NCBI GenBank assembly: GCA_012295275.1
Contig: CM022669.1
Coordinates: 4,278,001 to 4,342,000 of the forward strand
Reading direction: 5' to 3'
From: Chrysomallon squamiferum
Taxonomy: Eukaryota > Animalia > Mollusca
Length of the DNA stretch: 64,000 nt
Below the pieces are notes generated by a model that saw nothing but the letters and a program-made list of their open reading frames with translations, had not been told where the DNA came from and did not search any database. The position numbers were made by a program, and so were the translations under genes. This document shows, in pieces, positions 1 through 14,413 of the stretch; within the stretch, counting starts at the first letter, position 1; every line of letters starts with the position of its first letter.

Positions 1-2484
1 GTATGGAGCAACTGGAATTGCTGTTACGTGAAGTATAATTATAAATCGCGACTATCTGTATTATATACTCCACATTTCTATTTTTGAGTCTGTGTTTGAT
101 ATAATAAAGAACTGTATTTGTTATAATTATGTTGAATGTCAAACTTATTGACAAGCCTCTGAAAGCAATGTGACTTGCTGACGAGCTGAATTTAATTCTG
201 TCAGATATAGTATAAATACAGTTTTTTGTAGGTTTTGATTTCAGACTGGGGATTATGTTGTCATTATTTGTTGGAATGAGGGATTATAAGGATACGTGAC
301 AGAAGAGGTGTAAGAAAGATGAAGTAATAAAGTTAAATGATTTTAACTGCTAAAGAAAGAAAGAAGTATTATGTACTCAGCATATTTTCAGTTTACAGTT
401 ATTATTAAAGAAAACACAGCTGTGTATTGAAATCGCTGCCGCTAGAAGCTCTTCTTCATCATGTCTACACAGGACAGTCTGTATAATATTATAAGTATTT
501 ACATAATTTTATTTATTTGTTAACCTCTCTAACAAAAAACCTATGGTTTTCCAGATGGAATTTTTAGTTATCTTGTATTGCTCATCCAGGATTTAAAGCA
601 GTTCGTGTCCTTTGCGAAACAAAACGATGAAAGATAATTCACTATGTATTAGTTTTTCCAAACACACAGAAAAGTATTTAACGCTATAATTTACACTGGC
701 AAAACTCAGTATTCCTTGTATATGATTATACTTTTTTTTATAAGTTATGTCCCCTTCGTTTATATATATATATATAAAAAAATTTAGAAAAAGAAAAAAA
801 AAAGGTTAAAAAAACAAAAAACATTATCCGTAAGCGAACAATTTACATAACTTGAAACTATTATTAATTATATATATTTCTACAAAATAACTGAATTATG
901 TTTTATATATTCTGTTTTCACCATAACTGTTAAATCCGTAGATATCTTCAGGCGCAGTCAGAGTTGTACATACCTCTACCAATGTTTATTTTGTGCGGTG
1001 ACTGTTTTGAAACAGTTTGAATACACAGTTTTGTACAGAAACGTGCTGATTAATCAGCATGAATCATCTCCATACTCGTGATGTGGCTTTAATCTATCTT
1101 TCAGTGCGATGTTGTCTTCTCATATTTGACAGAAATCGTAAATAACTGAAATTCTATACTAATAAACAAATACATTAAAAAAATATATACTATGGAATGA
1201 TGATTAACCAGAGGTTAAAGATACTATAAAATCCGTAAGATAATACGAATCTCATTTTTTTTCTTCTTTAAAGCGCCTAATCTGAGATGGTTGTGTTTAC
1301 AAAACATTGTAATATTAATGATTTGTAAAAATGTGGAGATGCTGCTGTACTATACCGAACCTTAATGATTTACAAAAAGGAGGAACTGATAAACGTACGA
1401 TGTAATATACTGTATTATAATGATTTACAAGAAGGCGGAGACATTAATGAGCATTTAACTATTCACATTTTCTATTTAATTTACCTGTTTTCAGTTTGTT
1501 TTCATTAAAACGGCTGTATTTTTAACGTCGAAACTATTTGTATGATAAATTACCTTATTTAATTTTTGAAAACATTATGCTTAAAGGTATTACATTTTCA
1601 TAATTTCTTATTTTTAACAATTATTTTTATTTTTATTTTTTAATAAATTATCTTTTTTTTATTAATTTTTTTTTTTATTTTACGAATGTCATCGTTTGAT
1701 GTCAGTATTAATAATGATTAGTCAATCCCTCTAAGCCGACATTTCAAGAGTTTTGTTCGTGTAGGTGGGCGTTAATTTCACACAATAGAGTCGCCATTAT
1801 TGTTTCCTCTCTACATTAATAAATATTAAATTTTGTTTACTCCTTTCCTTTTTATTTTATTTCATTACTCTCTTCTTTATGTTCTTCTTCTTCTTCTTCT
1901 TTTTTTTTTTTTTTTTTTCTCACTAATATGTTTCCTGCATTTATATGGCTTACTACTGTTTGTCCTGGCGAAAATACGTCAATTGTTGTTACATCACTTG
2001 TTTTCGTTGTAATCAGTTTATCGATATATTCAATTACTTTGTGTAACGTACAGAAATTAGTGTTTCCTTATTTCGCCAAAAACATGGTTTATTATTTGCC
2101 ATTTTTAACAATTAATGGGCTCTCCTTTCAGCTTAGAAAGCTTAAATGCATAATGTGTCAACACTGTTGTTCCTGAATGCCGATCATATTCGTTTTAACT
2201 AGTTTACATCGAGTAATTTTTGTTCAACGGTAACCGAGATTCTGACGTAAAAGAAAACGGGAATAAAAGTTGAAGTCAGAATTTCAAACCAGTCTTCAGT
2301 AATGAACTTTAGTAAGTATTTAATCAGTGGCGAAGCTGTGATTTTGAGAAAAGCGTTAATTACGGTTATGACTGTCACGACGACCGTTCATAATTTCAAA
2401 ATATAATAATAAATTAATAATAATAATCACCATCATCATCAACATCATCATCATCATCACCATAATAATAATAATCCAAAAAAA

Positions 2485-2527
<43 letters not shown>

Positions 2528-3914
2528 GCCTTATTAATTGCATTATTTGTATTATTTTTTGCATTATAGAATTCAAAGAAATCTATAACAACCAAAAAAC
2601 TTTATTTCATTTTAAAACGTTGAAAAATATTTTCTATTATGAATAACAAACCTCAAAAAGACTTGTTTTCTGATACAGTCATGTGATGCATAAGTGACCT
2701 AAATACACCTTTGCAAGTCAAGTTCACACTAAGCAGTACAGACAGTCTGAATATCAGTGCATTTAATATGTAGAAATCACGACGACAACCAGGATAATAA
2801 TTATGGGAAAAAAAATGATATATCTTTAAAAGTGTCCAGTGAAAGTTTTGATTTCTAGAACACTGGAATTAGTTAATACTTAAAACGAAAGGTAATAAAT
2901 CATATTTGTGTTATTATAGTAAGTATTATGATAAGAGCACTAGCGGTAATAGTAGAAGAGTAAGTAGAAATAGAAGTAGAAGTATTATTATTAGTAGTAT
3001 TTATTTATTTATTTATTTATTACTATTATATGGAAGAAGCAGTAGTAGTACTAGTAGTAGTAGCAGAAGCAGAAACGGTTAAGGTAATAACAGTAATGGT
3101 AGTAGTAATAAATAATAAATGTAGTAATAGTAGCGGCAGTTTTTAGTGTACTAGTAGTAGTGGTGTTTGTAGTAGTTGTAACACTACTAGATACAGCATA
3201 GTATAGTATAATAGTGATAGTAATAGTAGTAGTAGTAGTAGTTATTGTTGCACGTTCCAGCATAGCAGTAATAGAGGTAGTAATAGTAGTAGTAGAAGTA
3301 GTTGTTGTCGTTGTAGCTTTAGTTGTCGTATTAATAGCAGCAACAGATGCGACAGTAGTCGAAACTGTAAGAGCAGACGTCTAATATCTTGAAACCATGA
3401 GCCGACATATATGTTATGAATAGATTTCTTGGTTGTTATAGATTTCTTTGAATGCGATAATATATATATATTAAATAAACAGTAAAATACTATTCTAAAA
3501 AGAAGGCCCTCAAGGTGTTAGTCTTGTTATTAAAAGGTTGCCATAGTGCAGAGTGTGAATTATTAAGTGTGCTAATAAAATCATAGGCTGTTTGGGAACA
3601 CTCAAATTTGTTTCCCACACGGAATCAGATCTGATTAGGTTGGAGCCTAATTGAGCCGAGATTCAGGAAATCTTTCGTGACTTAGACTGCGGATGTGAAA
3701 AGGCGTTGGTGTGTAGAAAGGTCTGCATTGCAGATGTTGATAGATGGAGATGCAATCAAATGAACGTGAACATAAAATTAATTAGCGGCCAATTGGTTGA
3801 GGTCTTCACTGTGTGACCTGAAACATGAAGAATGTTTAATGTGAGCATTTTATAAGTTTCAAGTATGTAAACTGATGAAAAGTCGATTGAGAAATCGAAA
3901 GTTATTTATTAATT

Positions 3915-4000
<86 letters not shown>

Positions 4001-4127
4001 GGTAATGTCCAAACATGTCTTAATGTAGTAAAATGTGTTAAAACGTATGGTTAGAAATTATTCATGTCCATATTTTTATTGTTGTTGTCGTTGTTCTTAT
4101 CCTTGTTATTATTATAATTACTATTTT

Positions 4128-4210
<83 letters not shown>

Positions 4211-4222
4211 GCTACTACTACC
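4128..4222. repeat. (CTA)n microsatellite
   Basis: Seen directly. Confidence 0.95.
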
Positions 4223-7135
4223 ACTGTTATTACAGTCGTTTGCCGTCGTCATTATTCTTGTTGCTGCAGTAATTATTATCAAATTAAATCAGTTGGGTTT
4301 TTATTCTGATTCTGGTGACTGACACTACTCTCAAGAACACAGAATTTAATACACTGTAACATCGTCCAAAACCTTTATGCTACCCATTTACTTAGGAGAC
4401 TGCCTTATCATCTTGTCTATATGATAATTTGTGAATAATTGGACGTATAGCGGGACGTCGTCAACGTCAACCTTGAGTCGTCTGACAGGTGACAGGAACT
4501 GCGATGATGGAGTGATGCGAAAATATCCGAGCATTATTGAAAAGAGTCGTCTGTAGTTATCGTGTAATTGGTAACAGTCAAACAGACACATACGTTAATA
4601 TTTAATACTGGTTCTTCTAGCGAAAACTGAGCTGTTTGTAGCGCAAAGACGTATGACTTCTTATAATTATGATTCTTCATATTTTCTGACTGATGCCTGT
4701 TGCTGTGTTATCAGAGCTTTCGCCCGAAGCGTTAGAACAACCAGGATTGTTCCTACTTGGTTCCCTGTTGTGCTGTTTCCGTCTTCGTCCATTCTTCACA
4801 TCTAGTTTATAACATGATGCGTTATCTCCTTCCCTCTGGGATGGATCATAGCGTTAGCAGATAGATCACAGAGAGAGAGAGGACTAGAACGAGAGATATT
4901 GTTAATACCTAATAAATAATTACTAAGTTTAGAGACCAAGAAAAGAAATTATATTCATAAAGTTGTCTGTTAATTCTTCGAAGTGTCCGCTTTAATGAGA
5001 CTGCAGAAAGGAAACTGTCACGATGAAAGGTTAAATACATGCCTTCGTGTTTTATCCACTTATGTATAATTACTGTCTAAAACCTATACTTTATATTTAT
5101 CAAAGTGCGCTCGTCAGTGATAAATAAATTAATACTATGGACAGCTATATCGTGTAAGTATGATTTTTTATTGTTGTTAGTGTTCCCATCTTCAAACGTA
5201 CATTTTAAGAAGAAACAAGTAAAACAATTACTTAAAAGTTTTTAAAATGTTTTAAGACTGTTTGTCAGTAACATCAAAAGATGACTTAAGAATTATTTCA
5301 GTAATGTTCTTTCTCTGTTCGCTTTGTGTTCCCTTTAGAGCTATATTTTTACATCAAGACTAAAGATTACAAATAGCATACTTCTGTTATGAAATGTTTT
5401 GTTATATTTTATTTTTATATCGCGCTCTTGTGCGTAAATAGATTTCTTCTGTGTGATAAAAAAGAGAAAAAAAATGAAAATGCAATGGTTTTAGATGAAA
5501 GAGATGAAAATAAGCAACATTATTAACAAAACCCCGTTGCCTGCTGATGATTAGATCATAATTGATTTTTCTCTTTTGGACATTGGCAATGTTCAGAACT
5601 TGTTTCTATATAAAAATGAAGTATTGTGCCGGGGCTTGACTTTAAACGAACGTACACTATAGAAGTCTCTCTTTTTTTTTTTTTTTAATCAAAACGGTCA
5701 AATTAATGACTGATGATCATCATCATCCAAAGGATGCTAAGTTAGCAAGTAAAAATATGATAAATGAATGATAATCAATCAACTTTTTGGAGCATGATGT
5801 TGAGTGTTAGATTAGAATCGACTACAAACGATGGTTAATAACAATGACAGAGCAAAATGAGGACATGCTTATCCAGATTAAGTTCCCGTTCCAAACTGTG
5901 CCTCCAAATGTTGCTTAGCAAAAACCGCATTGAAGTCCTACCCTATAATAGTACCCCGTATGGATACCATCAAGGCTCTTTTTGTACACCGTTATATTAT
6001 AAATTTCAAATTTAACCCTTAAGCTCTTTGAAGTGTAGATATGTAATATTCACTGTAATAATTCACTATCGTTATTTGGATTGGAAGTTTTTTCGATAAT
6101 TCCTGGTTTTAGAGTGTCTAGAAAAGTCAATTAAATTTAAAATTTTAGTGTGTATTTACATCTCTGGATTTTGAACTCGATTTTATTTAAAAAAAAAAAA
6201 AATCAATTATTGTACTTTAAAATCAACAGTCATTTGGACTGTAATTACATTAAAACCAGTGCTTCAAATTCCAATTACCAGCTTTAAAAATATATTACTG
6301 AGTTAACTACAGAACATTTTCTGGCGCACCCAAAGTTACATTAACTGTCGTGTATCGCATGCCTGTTAATGCATACAGAGAAAACGTAAAAACAAAAAAA
6401 TATTTTTAAGATCTGTAACTTATTTTAAAATATTAAAGCGTAAGTTAATAAAACTCGAATAGGCTCGGGGCAATAGTTCAAAAGAAGCGAGTAATCAGTT
6501 CAAAACCGAGGTCTTTGATTCAACAGTTGACGTTAGCACTTTTAAAATGTTTATTATCTAACGTGACCTGATTTTGAAACAAACTTGTTTGTTGTTGTTT
6601 TTCAAACTCGCCTGAAAACAACACCTTGCTGGCAGCTGTAATTAGAAGTTGGCAACAGAACATTCTGAGACTCAATCAATCGACCTTGCAAAGCCTGTTA
6701 CCCCTAATTAAGCTTTTAGAGCAGGGCGGAAATCTTGCTATTCGTTATTGTGTTCGAGTCCGTTGTCTTAACGAGCTTGTTTTTTCATCTCACTTCAACT
6801 TTCCTGATATACAGACGTGAAATCAAGACTAATTTGTCAGTCTCTGTGTGATACGTTACCCCGGTTATTTGTTTCTTTGTCTCTTTGTTTGGTTGTCTGT
6901 CTCTATGACCGTTTGACTGTTGGTCTGTTTTACTGTATCTGTTTGTTTCTTGGTATATTTAATCTGTTTGTTTGTTATCATTGTAATTTCTTTTTTCTTC
7001 TTTTTCTTTTTTTCTTTTTACTTGGGTTTTCTTATTTTCTTTTTTGTCTCCCATTCTGATGAAGCTATTCAAGAAACAAAAATCTGGTATTTCAAAACAA
7101 AACAAAAAATAAGTGAACGAAGTTTAAGATTCTTT

Positions 7136-7241
<106 letters not shown>

Positions 7242-8534
7242 ATTATTTATTACGAGATATAATTAAGTCACTTAAGAAAAGAAACTCTCATTCCGATTAG
7301 CAATAAAATATATTCATAAATAAATTCAGCTTAATACAGAGAGATAGGCACGTGTCAGTGACTCTCAGCCAACTGTTAAGAAGATTTGGTTAGACGCGTT
7401 TAATAGCCAGAACAGTATGAGGAATCGATCCTACTACGTTCAGTGTTATTATATGACTCTGGTAGACGTATTTGAAACTTAAACTCCAGTCTGTGTAACA
7501 GCGTTTTAAACAGTGTATTCATTAATGGTTTTTGTTATTGTTTTCGTTGTGCTTTGTTTTTAAGCCTCTCTTAAGCATAAAAATTGTCTTTGTATCTACG
7601 TGCAAACATCCAGGGTTGTACATGTGTATTCATAGTTATTATGCACAGAGAACATCAACTGCAGCAGCAGCAATAAAATGTAATTTATTTATATGAAAAA
7701 AAACGCCAGTAACAAACAAATGAAACAAACAAAATGTTTGCTGCTTGAAAGAAATAATATAAAAGTCGAATCAATATTATTTATTTATTTATATTTCCAT
7801 CGTTCGGAATTTTATATAAAATACGAAAGATAATATTATATTTACAAACTTTAATTACAATATAATTACAAACTTTAAAAAAAAAAAAAAAAAAAAAAAA
7901 ATTAATTTAACTGAAATAAACAGGAATTAATTTAACTGAAATAAACATGAGATAATATCAACGTACAAAAATATCGTAGCATAAAATTTAATATATATTT
8001 TAAAAGTGTTTTTCAGCGTTTCATAATTACGTTTGTCCTTAATTGCGAAAACAGATTAAAATCCTTTTGCAAACAATATGGAAAGACGTTGTGAATGTAT
8101 TGTTTAAACTGTTAAGTAATTTGCGTGTTGCTAATAGACTTGTACATAGCTAGTGATTATTCCTTGCAGGATAAATGAATATTTAACTTGGAGAAAGATC
8201 AGAAATGAGACATTTAACAATGACGTCGTTGTGTGTTATGCCCTTTGAAAGCGTTACGTTACTAGAACACGGTCGTGTTTAGGTAAACAGTTTTCGTAAT
8301 AACCAGTCGCCATTCATTATTTCCTATTCTCGAGTTAGATTTGGCTGGAGATTTTTGCAAAAAGCTGGGTAATTATTCGGAAGAAGTCATTTACTTTTAT
8401 TTGGTCCCAGTAATTAGAATTTCAGTTATTTGTTCCATGGCAAGGTGACCTTCATACATATATATATACACATATATAGACATAGACAGATAGACAGACA
8501 CACAGACATACATATAGACATAGATGGATAGACA

Positions 8535-8659
<125 letters not shown>

Positions 8660-10423
8660 ACTGAGCAGGTTATGGTGAATAGTATGTATTCTTAGGATAT
8701 AAGGAAATATATTATGATGTGCTTTTGCTATGTATTTACAAGGTGTAAAGAAATAAAACGAGATATTGCTGAATGGTGTGTAATTTTAAGATTTAGTAAA
8801 ATATGGGAGATCTGATGTAGATTACAGAAAATAGAATTTATATGACTGGTTGCTGCGTGTTTCAGAATGAAGGAAACTAGGATGGGATATGGGTAATTGG
8901 TTTCTTTTTGCACGATTTGACAAAATATAACAGAATATCGTTGATTGGTTTGTCTTAGCAAGATATATGAGAATAAGAGAGGATATAACTGATAAACATG
9001 TATTTACAGGATTCAAGGATCCTAGGACAGGATATAGGAAAACAATACCGCATATCGTTTCTGCTATAAGGGACAGGATGTATAAGACTGGTACGCTACC
9101 TTGTAAATCCAAACGAAAGCCGTTTTATTCACTTTTCTAGAAAACGAGAAAAAATAAAACTCCTAACTAACATCTGGTCATAATACGTTTTATATGTAAA
9201 TTATTACCTTTTTTACTCATGGTAGGGAATATAAATCACATTTGGGGTAAAATATCAGGGTGTATAGATGTGTGTTTGTTTAACAGAGGTTTGTTTATTC
9301 AGTCTTAATTATCGTGGGCACATTCGCTAATTCCGTGTTGTTTCATATTTAAGTTGTAAACAAAATAAAAATAGTATTTTAAAGAATAATTGATTTTTTT
9401 TTTTTTTTATTAGCAGCTCAGTTCAAGACTGATATCTCAGAGGCGAGAAGGGAAAAAAGAAATTTCAAAAAGCTAATAAATAATTTATTTCAAAAAATCG
9501 TTAAATCCCTTTGAACTTTATCGGTATTGCTGAGTAATGATTATGCATGCGCAGTGCTGGTTTTGAATTTCAACATGCATTTGATTAAATAAGCATAAAT
9601 GTTTTTGTTTCTATTTTAACTCAGAAATAAGAAAACAGTTTAAGAATTATATATCAAATCTTACTTTATATTAAACCAAAATACCCAAAAGTTAAAATAA
9701 ACGAATTCTTTTAAAATACCCTTATTTTATATTTTATATATATTTATATGTATATATATATATATGATTATAAAGAACAATTAATTATAATATATTTAAT
9801 TCATTATAATACAACAAATAAAAATAATAAATATATACATATATATTTACTTTTTTTAATTTTATTTTATTTTTTGGTTGCCACTGTTGCTGTTGATGTT
9901 GTTGCTGTTAATTTCTACTTATCCAACTTGATGTTTGTATCTAAGACTATTCCTCAGTTCGATAAAAAAAAAAAAAAATATCTAAAAAGAAATATGATAC
10001 ACTGAAAACTATAAGAGATTTAAAAAATAAAAGTGGATTACTTTTTAGTCATTTCAGTCTCTGCTAACACGAGTTTCACTTTTATCTCTAAATTATGATT
10101 TTTTAATTTATTATTCGTTGTGATGGTTCTGAAAATCAAAGTCTAACATCCACTTATTTTTGATAAAAGCAAATGCAATGAAAAAAATATATAGATTCAG
10201 TTCTGGTAGTTACGTCTTTTTAACTTAACGTGTTTTAATTTTCACAACCCAATCTGATTTTCTTCCACTTTTTTTTATCTATTTTTTTTTTTTTTTTTTA
10301 TTTTCTTTATTTTTTTTTTTTTTTTTTTTAGTCCTTTTTCTTTTTTTTTTTTTTTTTCTTTGTTTTTTATTTTATTTATTTATTTATTTTTTTGAAATTT
10401 TATTTTACTCTGATTTTTGTTAG

Positions 10424-10570
10424 GAACCATAACGTCCAGTGTAATGATTTCGGAAAGATTTCCGACATTTTGTTTTTTCTTCTCATTGTTCGAGTCTTGT
10501 TCAAGTCTTGTCATGGAAAAGCTCTATTTGCTTTTATGTCTGTCGATAACGGACGGTGACCATCGACGCA
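10424..10570 (+). CDS. Tentative first coding exon (signal peptide) of the chitin-binding gene
   Basis: Acceptor tttgttag at 10423. ATG at 10513 gives MEKLYLLLCLSIT-TVTIDA, a signal-peptide-like sequence ending in phase 1, but only if one extra G (ACGGACG) is removed and a weak GC donor (CAG|gcaatc) is used. Confidence 0.25.
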
Positions 10571-12191
10571 GGCAATCTGAAATTATTACTACTTGACTTC
10601 AAAATATATCCATTAATGCACGTTTATTTATTATTTCTATATTTATGGACAACTGATGATATTGTTTTTATCTAATGGTTCCTCGAAGACGTATATACAA
10701 AAAAAAAAACAGGAACTTTTTTATGTACTCGTCTTGTCATTGACTGCAGTAATAGCGTTCAGTTATGTTCTATTCCAGGGTCAATAATTCGGTTATTAGG
10801 TTTCAGTTTTAGTAAACTAAAAATATATATATATATATTTTAAAATAAAGAGCTATTAATAGTTAATTAATCACTTCCGAAGTGTACCCCCCCCCTTCCA
10901 TTTATATTTCCTGTAGCTAAATGGAATTGACATAAATATCAATTTTAATAAGTCGAAATGTAGAAATTACTAATTAACTGACTGATTTTAGGTCCAAATT
11001 AGCGAAATATCTTCCTGGCTATTGAGTCATTTTTATTTTCGGCTTCTGATCGAAAGCACCGTAAGAAGAATAATGTTCTGTTTTAACAAAGAAAAATTAG
11101 TTTGAATTCGATAAAATCGTCTTCAGCTGATACACATAAAAGAAAAAAGCAATAAAATTCTAAATATAATTCAGTACTTTGAACAAGTTTTCTTTCAGTG
11201 GGCGAGCGCTAAGATGCAATTAATCGTGAGCACTTGGATGAGGAACTGGAACAGTCGTAGAAACTGAAACATAGGCAATGTCACCCAACTGCCTTTTAAT
11301 ACTATCTGCTATTCAAAGAAACTCTCATGATTAATGCAAAGATCTGCAGTATATGCATTCCTATATGAAAATATGTGAATAAAAGATATATAATTTCTTT
11401 TTTTTATTATTTATTTATTTATTTTATTTTTATTATTTTTATTTTTATTATTTTTATTTTTATTTTATTGCTATCTGGTAGCCGGCAAAAGCAAAGTATT
11501 GTCATTTGTGATAAAGTGATGACTGATAGCAGTTCAAATTACTTCTGTAGCACAGAAGTACGACGCCGTAATGTAATCTTTTCATAACAGTTTCGATGTT
11601 GTTATTAGTCTCAAGCAGAACTTTCTGACTGCAGTAGATTTCGTCTCTCGCTCAGTCGCAACAAAAGAATATTTTTATTCTGTGAATATAAATTTTATTT
11701 CGTTATTTTAATCTTTGGTGTATTTATATCTGGTGGTGTTAATTTAGATTATCTTGTTGTTGCTGCGTCGTAGGTCGAGTGTCCTTTGGCGGTATCCATG
11801 CTGTTCTCAGCTGCTGCTGCTGCTGCTGCTGCTTTTGTTGCTGTTATTGTTATAGGTTTTAATAATGTCGATATTGCTTCTCAAAAGCATTCCATGTTAG
11901 TATCATTAGATACTTTACATGTCATTCAAGGTATCCTTTTGTTACATAAGTATGAGTTAAAACATTCTGACTATTTTAAGTTATGATTAAGCACAAAGGT
12001 AACGACAGTAATTGTTATTCTAATGAGGAGAATGACAGTCATGGTAATAATGAAGGTTTTTTGATGAAGATAAAAATAATGATGTTGATAGGGATGCCCT
12101 GAACGATGATGATGGTGATGATGATAATTACGACTTTCATACAAGTGATGCTTGTGGTGGATGATTACAATGATTATTTAAACTTTTCCAG

Positions 12192-13206
12192 GTGACTACA
12201 GAGCAAACCACTGCCATGAAACAGCACACTGTATTCCCTGCTGGGTTCGATACGCAAGTTGTCTTGACAGAGTCGACGGCTTAAACCCGTGGCCAGATCT
12301 TGAATGGAAACCTTTCTTTGTCGAGTGCTATCGAGAAAGAACCGTCTTCCAGGGGGTTTGTGACAAGAGTGCCGTTTTCTCGCCACTCACGAGAGCTTGC
12401 GAGACTCCGTACAGCATCCAGAGACAAAATGGCGGTTGGCGACCAAGCTGCGAGGAAAGACGGGATGGGGTGTATCCTGACGAATATGGCCGATGTGATA
12501 TATACTACGTATGCAGAGGCGAAATATTTACTGGCTTCTTCAGGTGCGAAAAACCAGAGATATTTAACCCACTGACCGGTGAATGCGACAATCCAGACAA
12601 AGTCCCCTACCCGTGCGGCGATCTCGAGCTCCCGAACATGTGTCAAAAGAAACCGGACGGTTTTATCTGGATATATTCGGCAGATGCACTCACTACCTGG
12701 AATGCAAGTCGGGAGAGCTTGCTGCCGTGTCAATGTGCCCTAGCGGCGTGTTCAATCCGCAAACCAGGATCTGCGACCTGTCTCAAAACGTCATTAAACC
12801 GTGCGGAAACGTAACGAATCCGTGCGTGCTAAAAGATGACGGATTTTACGCCAACAGAGAAAAAGACTGCGTCGAATACTTCGAATGCGAAAGAGGCTTC
12901 ATGGTGGCCAGTTTCGAGTGTCCGGAAAACACCGTATACAACGAATACAACCACAAGTGCGATGACGTCAGCAACACGCCCCCTCCTTGCGGCATTGCTC
13001 CCGAATGTGAGGATAAAGAAGACGGATTTTATCCAGCGTTGAATAAAGGAATGCAGTTTTATTACGAGTGTAAAAACAATTCGTTTGTCATGTACAAGAG
13101 GTGCAAAGAGGAACATGGAGGTTTGGTGTTTAGTCCAATGAACAGAAACTGTGACTTTCCAAAACAAATTTGCTTAGATCTACGCCTTGGTCCTGAAATT
13201 TGGTAA
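12192..13206 (+). CDS. Chitin-binding peritrophin-A (CBM14/ChtBD2) repeat protein, large terminal exon with about 5 Cys-rich domains and a 1-nt frameshift at ~12661-12664
   Basis: Acceptor ttttccag ends at 12191. The exon reads DYRANHCHETAHCIPCWVRYASC...DGLNPW..., then repeated C-x4-DG-F/V-Y...C..YY.C...C....FNP....CD units. ORF 12470-12814 joins ORF 12583-13206 at GAC GGT TTT/ATC if one T is added. Stop TAA at 13204-13206, with AATAAA downstream (13248, 13428, 13447). Upstream exons are not securely found. Confidence 0.88.
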
Positions 13207-14059
13207 GTTGAATTAGAACTCATTATTCTTCATAATATCCAGAACAAAATAAAGCCAAAAATGAACCTTGGAATGTTTTCTTCTGTAAAATAGCGATCCC
13301 TATCCAAAGAACTGCTAACATGAAAGTAAAAATTAATAATATTTGTAGATGGAAAATACTGTATTGTCATCATTGAGTTTGACTTCTTTCTGAACATCGC
13401 TTAGAGCATTACTCAAAATGGATTAATCAATAAACCATTGAAAACAAATAAAACGAATACTAATATATCATGGTCTTTAACTTTTTTGTTGAGTATATTT
13501 AAAAAGTCATTGCCCTTTTTGTTTTCATTTTAATTATTTTTGTTACGATTCAAATTATCGTATGTAACTAAAGATGGTTATAGTTTAGATTATAATTTTA
13601 TTTGTTTTAATTTGGTTTATTTTACATTTCTGATAAAATTAATTAAATCGTGATGTATTTGAGCTGGGACAAAGAACAAACACAGAGAGCAATTTTTATT
13701 TGTTTCTCAGGAATGGTACATAATCTCATATTAAGTACTGTCTAGTATTAATGTTACATAGTTAAGTATTGCTTTGAGGACAACCAAACATTTGAAAAAT
13801 GTATTGAATTAAAATGGGATATTTTAAAAATGTATTTTATAATTATCTGGATTTTATAATCATAATAAAAAATCATATTTCTTTACTAATTTTCATTAAA
13901 TGGAACCACAAAATAGATATAAAACTGATGTAAATATGGCATTTGTACTAAAATTAATAAATAAATGAATAACAAAATATTCGGTACAGAAAAAATCCTG
14001 ATTCTTTAAAGATCATAGATTGTTTTACGATGCAGTGTCTAAATGTGATTTTGTCTCCA

Positions 14060-14413
<354 letters not shown>

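Noticed and set aside
1-152. Possible gene 3' end or LTR end at the window start (short ORF tail, AATAAA at 103)
   Set aside because: Too little context to support a call.
6012-6024. TTAACCCTT piggyBac-like terminus
   Set aside because: No matching opposite terminus was found.
12655-12670. Programmed -1 ribosomal frameshift in the chitin-binding gene
   Set aside because: C GGT TTT is not a canonical X XXY YYZ slippery site; a homopolymer error is simpler given similar indels elsewhere.
12281-13167. Antisense and alternative-frame ORFs over the chitin-binding exon (similarly over hillarin exon 4)
   Set aside because: Shadow ORFs of real coding sequence.
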